A DNA stretch of 63,979 nt, counting the filler, from Basidiobolus ranarum (Eukaryota): the NCBI GenBank assembly GCA_040143965.1. It is 53 parts of 53 records of this genome, joined end to end, with 100 filler letters (N's around TTAATTAATTAA, not from the genome) between each part and the next. Parts side by side here need not be neighbours in the genome. Positions count along the whole stretch, not along the records: positions 61,673 to 62,776 come from JASJQH010013292.1; positions 62,877 to 63,979 come from JASJQH010013293.1; 51 more parts are not named here. One strand, 5' to 3'. Position 1 is the first letter of the stretch. Each line of letters opens with the position of its first letter. Below the pieces are notes generated by a model that saw nothing but the letters and a program-made list of their open reading frames with translations, did not search any database and had not been told where the DNA came from. The position numbers were made by a program, and so were the translations under genes. This document shows positions 61,573-63,979 of this stretch, piece by piece.

Positions 61573-62876
61573 NNNNNNNNNNNNNNNNNNNNNNNNNNNN
61601 NNNNNNNNNNNNNNNNTTAATTAATTAANNNNNNNNNNNNNNNNNNNNNNNNNNNNNNNNNNNNNNNNNNNNTGATTGAATACATTGGAGTCAATAGTAT
61701 GCAACAATTTCTTTGCAGGCACTGAAGACTCCAAACTGAGATCACATCAACAAATATTCTATATCTCATGACCTGTACACTTTTTGATCAATGTCCACAT
61801 ATACTCAACCAAGAGCTGGAACCACTCAGGTAGGTTTTTGGCCAAAAAACACCTACCAATGTAGCACTATAGTTCTGGAGAATACTCTCAGTAATTGGTG
61901 GTTTTTGACCACCAAACTATAATACCTTGCTTTAATATTGTTTGTGTACTTGGTGATTTTAATCTGTTCAATCATCTAATCTGATTGAAATTCAATATAG
62001 AGGTTAATAAATTTAGAGGCAAACAGCTTCTCCATTCCTAACCATGATATCGGCTTGACTCAGTTGTCCATCTTCATACCTAATGTCCAGCATAGAGCAT
62101 TCTCATGATTTCCCTTTGAACTTGCACACCTTAACCACTTTTTATTTGCAACCCCTATATTTGTGTCTTGAAGGTAAGCAATGATAGCATTTCATATTCA
62201 TAGATTCTAGTAAGCGTCATGCAACCACTAGGGCTGAGCCATTCATTACTATTGATCAAATGCAAATGGCACCAAAAAGAATTCCCAGGCATAATGCTGC
62301 AAAATGAAGGGTATATAAAATGCTTAAAGAAGAGTCTACACAGGGGAAAAGACTGATGACAAGTTAGAAGGGTTATGGAACCACAAAACAAATGGTAAGC
62401 CTACAAAAAAATGATAAAGGGTTTGGAGCCATAGGATGCTTGGTATGAGCTATATGGTCACTCTGACCAAGCCTTCAATGCCAAAACTTGAATGGAGAAC
62501 TTATTGACTACAATATTATTTACTGCCGACAAAGTATTGAGCCATTAACAAGTGTCAATGGGTATGGTGCGAAGAAATGGAGGGTATGGGAAAACTTAAA
62601 TTAAAGTCAACCAAGTGCTAAATTTCACTGACAAATGTCAATGGGTATGGAAAAGATGTGAAATTCAATACACAAAGTCCCAAAGACAACTTGCAAATGA
62701 CAAGATGCATGGAGCCAAGAATTGAGTGTTTTGGCAATATGGACATGTATACCAAACTTTCAATAATAAAACCTAANNNNNNNNNNNNNNNNNNNNNNNN
62801 NNNNNNNNNNNNNNNNNNNNTTAATTAATTAANNNNNNNNNNNNNNNNNNNNNNNNNNNNNNNNNNNNNNNNNNNN

Positions 62877-63979
62877 CAATAGCATCCAATGTGCGGTCAT
62901 CTCCCATGAAAACCTTTCTAATTGGGATTTCTTCATATTCCACAAACCAATGTTTTTCATTTGTGAAATGTTAGGAAGCTCCAGAATTAATATACCACAT
63001 CTGAGAATCCTTGTTGGTAGTCATAGATAGAGCAGAAATGAACAAGTGATCTTCTGTTGTAACCACATTTCCAGATTCTGTATGTTTTTCTTCTTTTGCA
63101 ATTCTTTTAGAGCACTCTTTGCTTAAATGGCCAGTTCTTTTACAGTAATCACAGAATGTGTTACTTCTCTTCTTAAAGTGCTTTTGACCTTTATACAAAG
63201 GTTTCCCATAGCCTATTAAAGCATTTTCCTTGTTCTTTTGATTGAGTCCTGATTTGCATAAATCTTCATCCAGAAGTCTGCCAAATACATAATTTAATGT
63301 CAACTTTTCAGTTCTTGATTCTAGAGCCATTACTAGGCTCTGAAACTTGTGCAGCAGCCTATTCAGGACTGTAACTATGATATCTTCATCAGTGGTAGGT
63401 ACTGCAATGCATTCCATTTGATCCACTTAAATAGTGACTCTATAAATCAGTGATTTAATGTCATCTCCTGGCTTCATCTTTAAGTTAAGGAATTGTCTTC
63501 TTAGAAACATCTTGTTGGCAGCAGAACCTGCTTTGTAGGTGTCTTCCAAGTTTTTCCATACCTTTTTGGCAGTTTTAGCTCTTGAACACTGAATTAGCAA
63601 TTTGTCTTTAACATTAAGACAAGTAGTGTTAAAGGCACTTTGTTCTTTTTAATGTGGAGTAAAACTTTGGTTTCAGGTAGTTTTGCATTGCTTTCTTCTC
63701 CTACAACAGTGTCCCAAAGTCATTTTTCTTGCAGCAGCATTTTCATTTTAATTTTCCAAACCTGATAATTGGTTCCATCCAGTTTTTCAGAAGAGGGAAA
63801 GTTCCATAAATTTGAGAACTAGACATTACAGAGAGTGCAAGCTTGGGGCTCATTACCTGTAAAAGTATTTGGGAGCCTGTGTCCAGTGGTTTGGAGAATT
63901 AGAGGAATTGGTGGTTTTCACATATTGATTTATTGAGTAGAAAGCTGACATTTATAGTTTTGTCAAGATGTAAACAAAC
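62877..63979 (-). mobile_element. LTR-A 3' end (63858-63979), PBS and copia gag-protease
   Basis: PBS GGTAATGAGCCCC; CDYCKRTGHLSKEC knuckle; WYINSGAS. Confidence 0.93.

Noticed and set aside
1115..62876. Regularly spaced TTAATTAATTAA repeat resembling an array, and ORFs ending in X...LIN
   Set aside because: It is an assembly linker flanked by Ns; not a CRISPR or biological repeat, and the ORF tails are artefacts

Overview
This is not contiguous DNA. The window holds 53 unplaced contigs of about 1.1 kb, sorted by decreasing length (1114 down to 1103 bp) and joined by an artificial 100-nt linker (N44-TTAATTAATTAA-N44), so adjacency across linkers means nothing. The content is eukaryotic and fungal; an early-diverging, possibly Basidiobolus-like fungus is my inference. 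Most contigs are nested, CpG-depleted transposon debris: at least four Ty1/copia-type LTR families, Ty3/gypsy remnants, a 182-bp MITE with AWT target duplications, and a high-copy CACTA/CMC DNA transposon. That transposon can be pieced together from fragments: CCCTAACA termini, and a transposase arranged head-to-head with an unrecognised accessory ORF. Nine contigs carry host-gene fragments: a Ycf1/MRP ABC transporter, two tandem alcohol dehydrogenases, an amino-acid permease convergent with a TauD dioxygenase, a deleted Gfo/Idh/MocA oxidoreductase, expansin-like and CAP secreted proteins, a modular protein of repeated Ig-like domains with (PTTK)n and (PS)n linkers, and two small unknown ORFs. 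Several of these look like decaying paralogs. No rRNA, tRNA or CRISPR features are supported.
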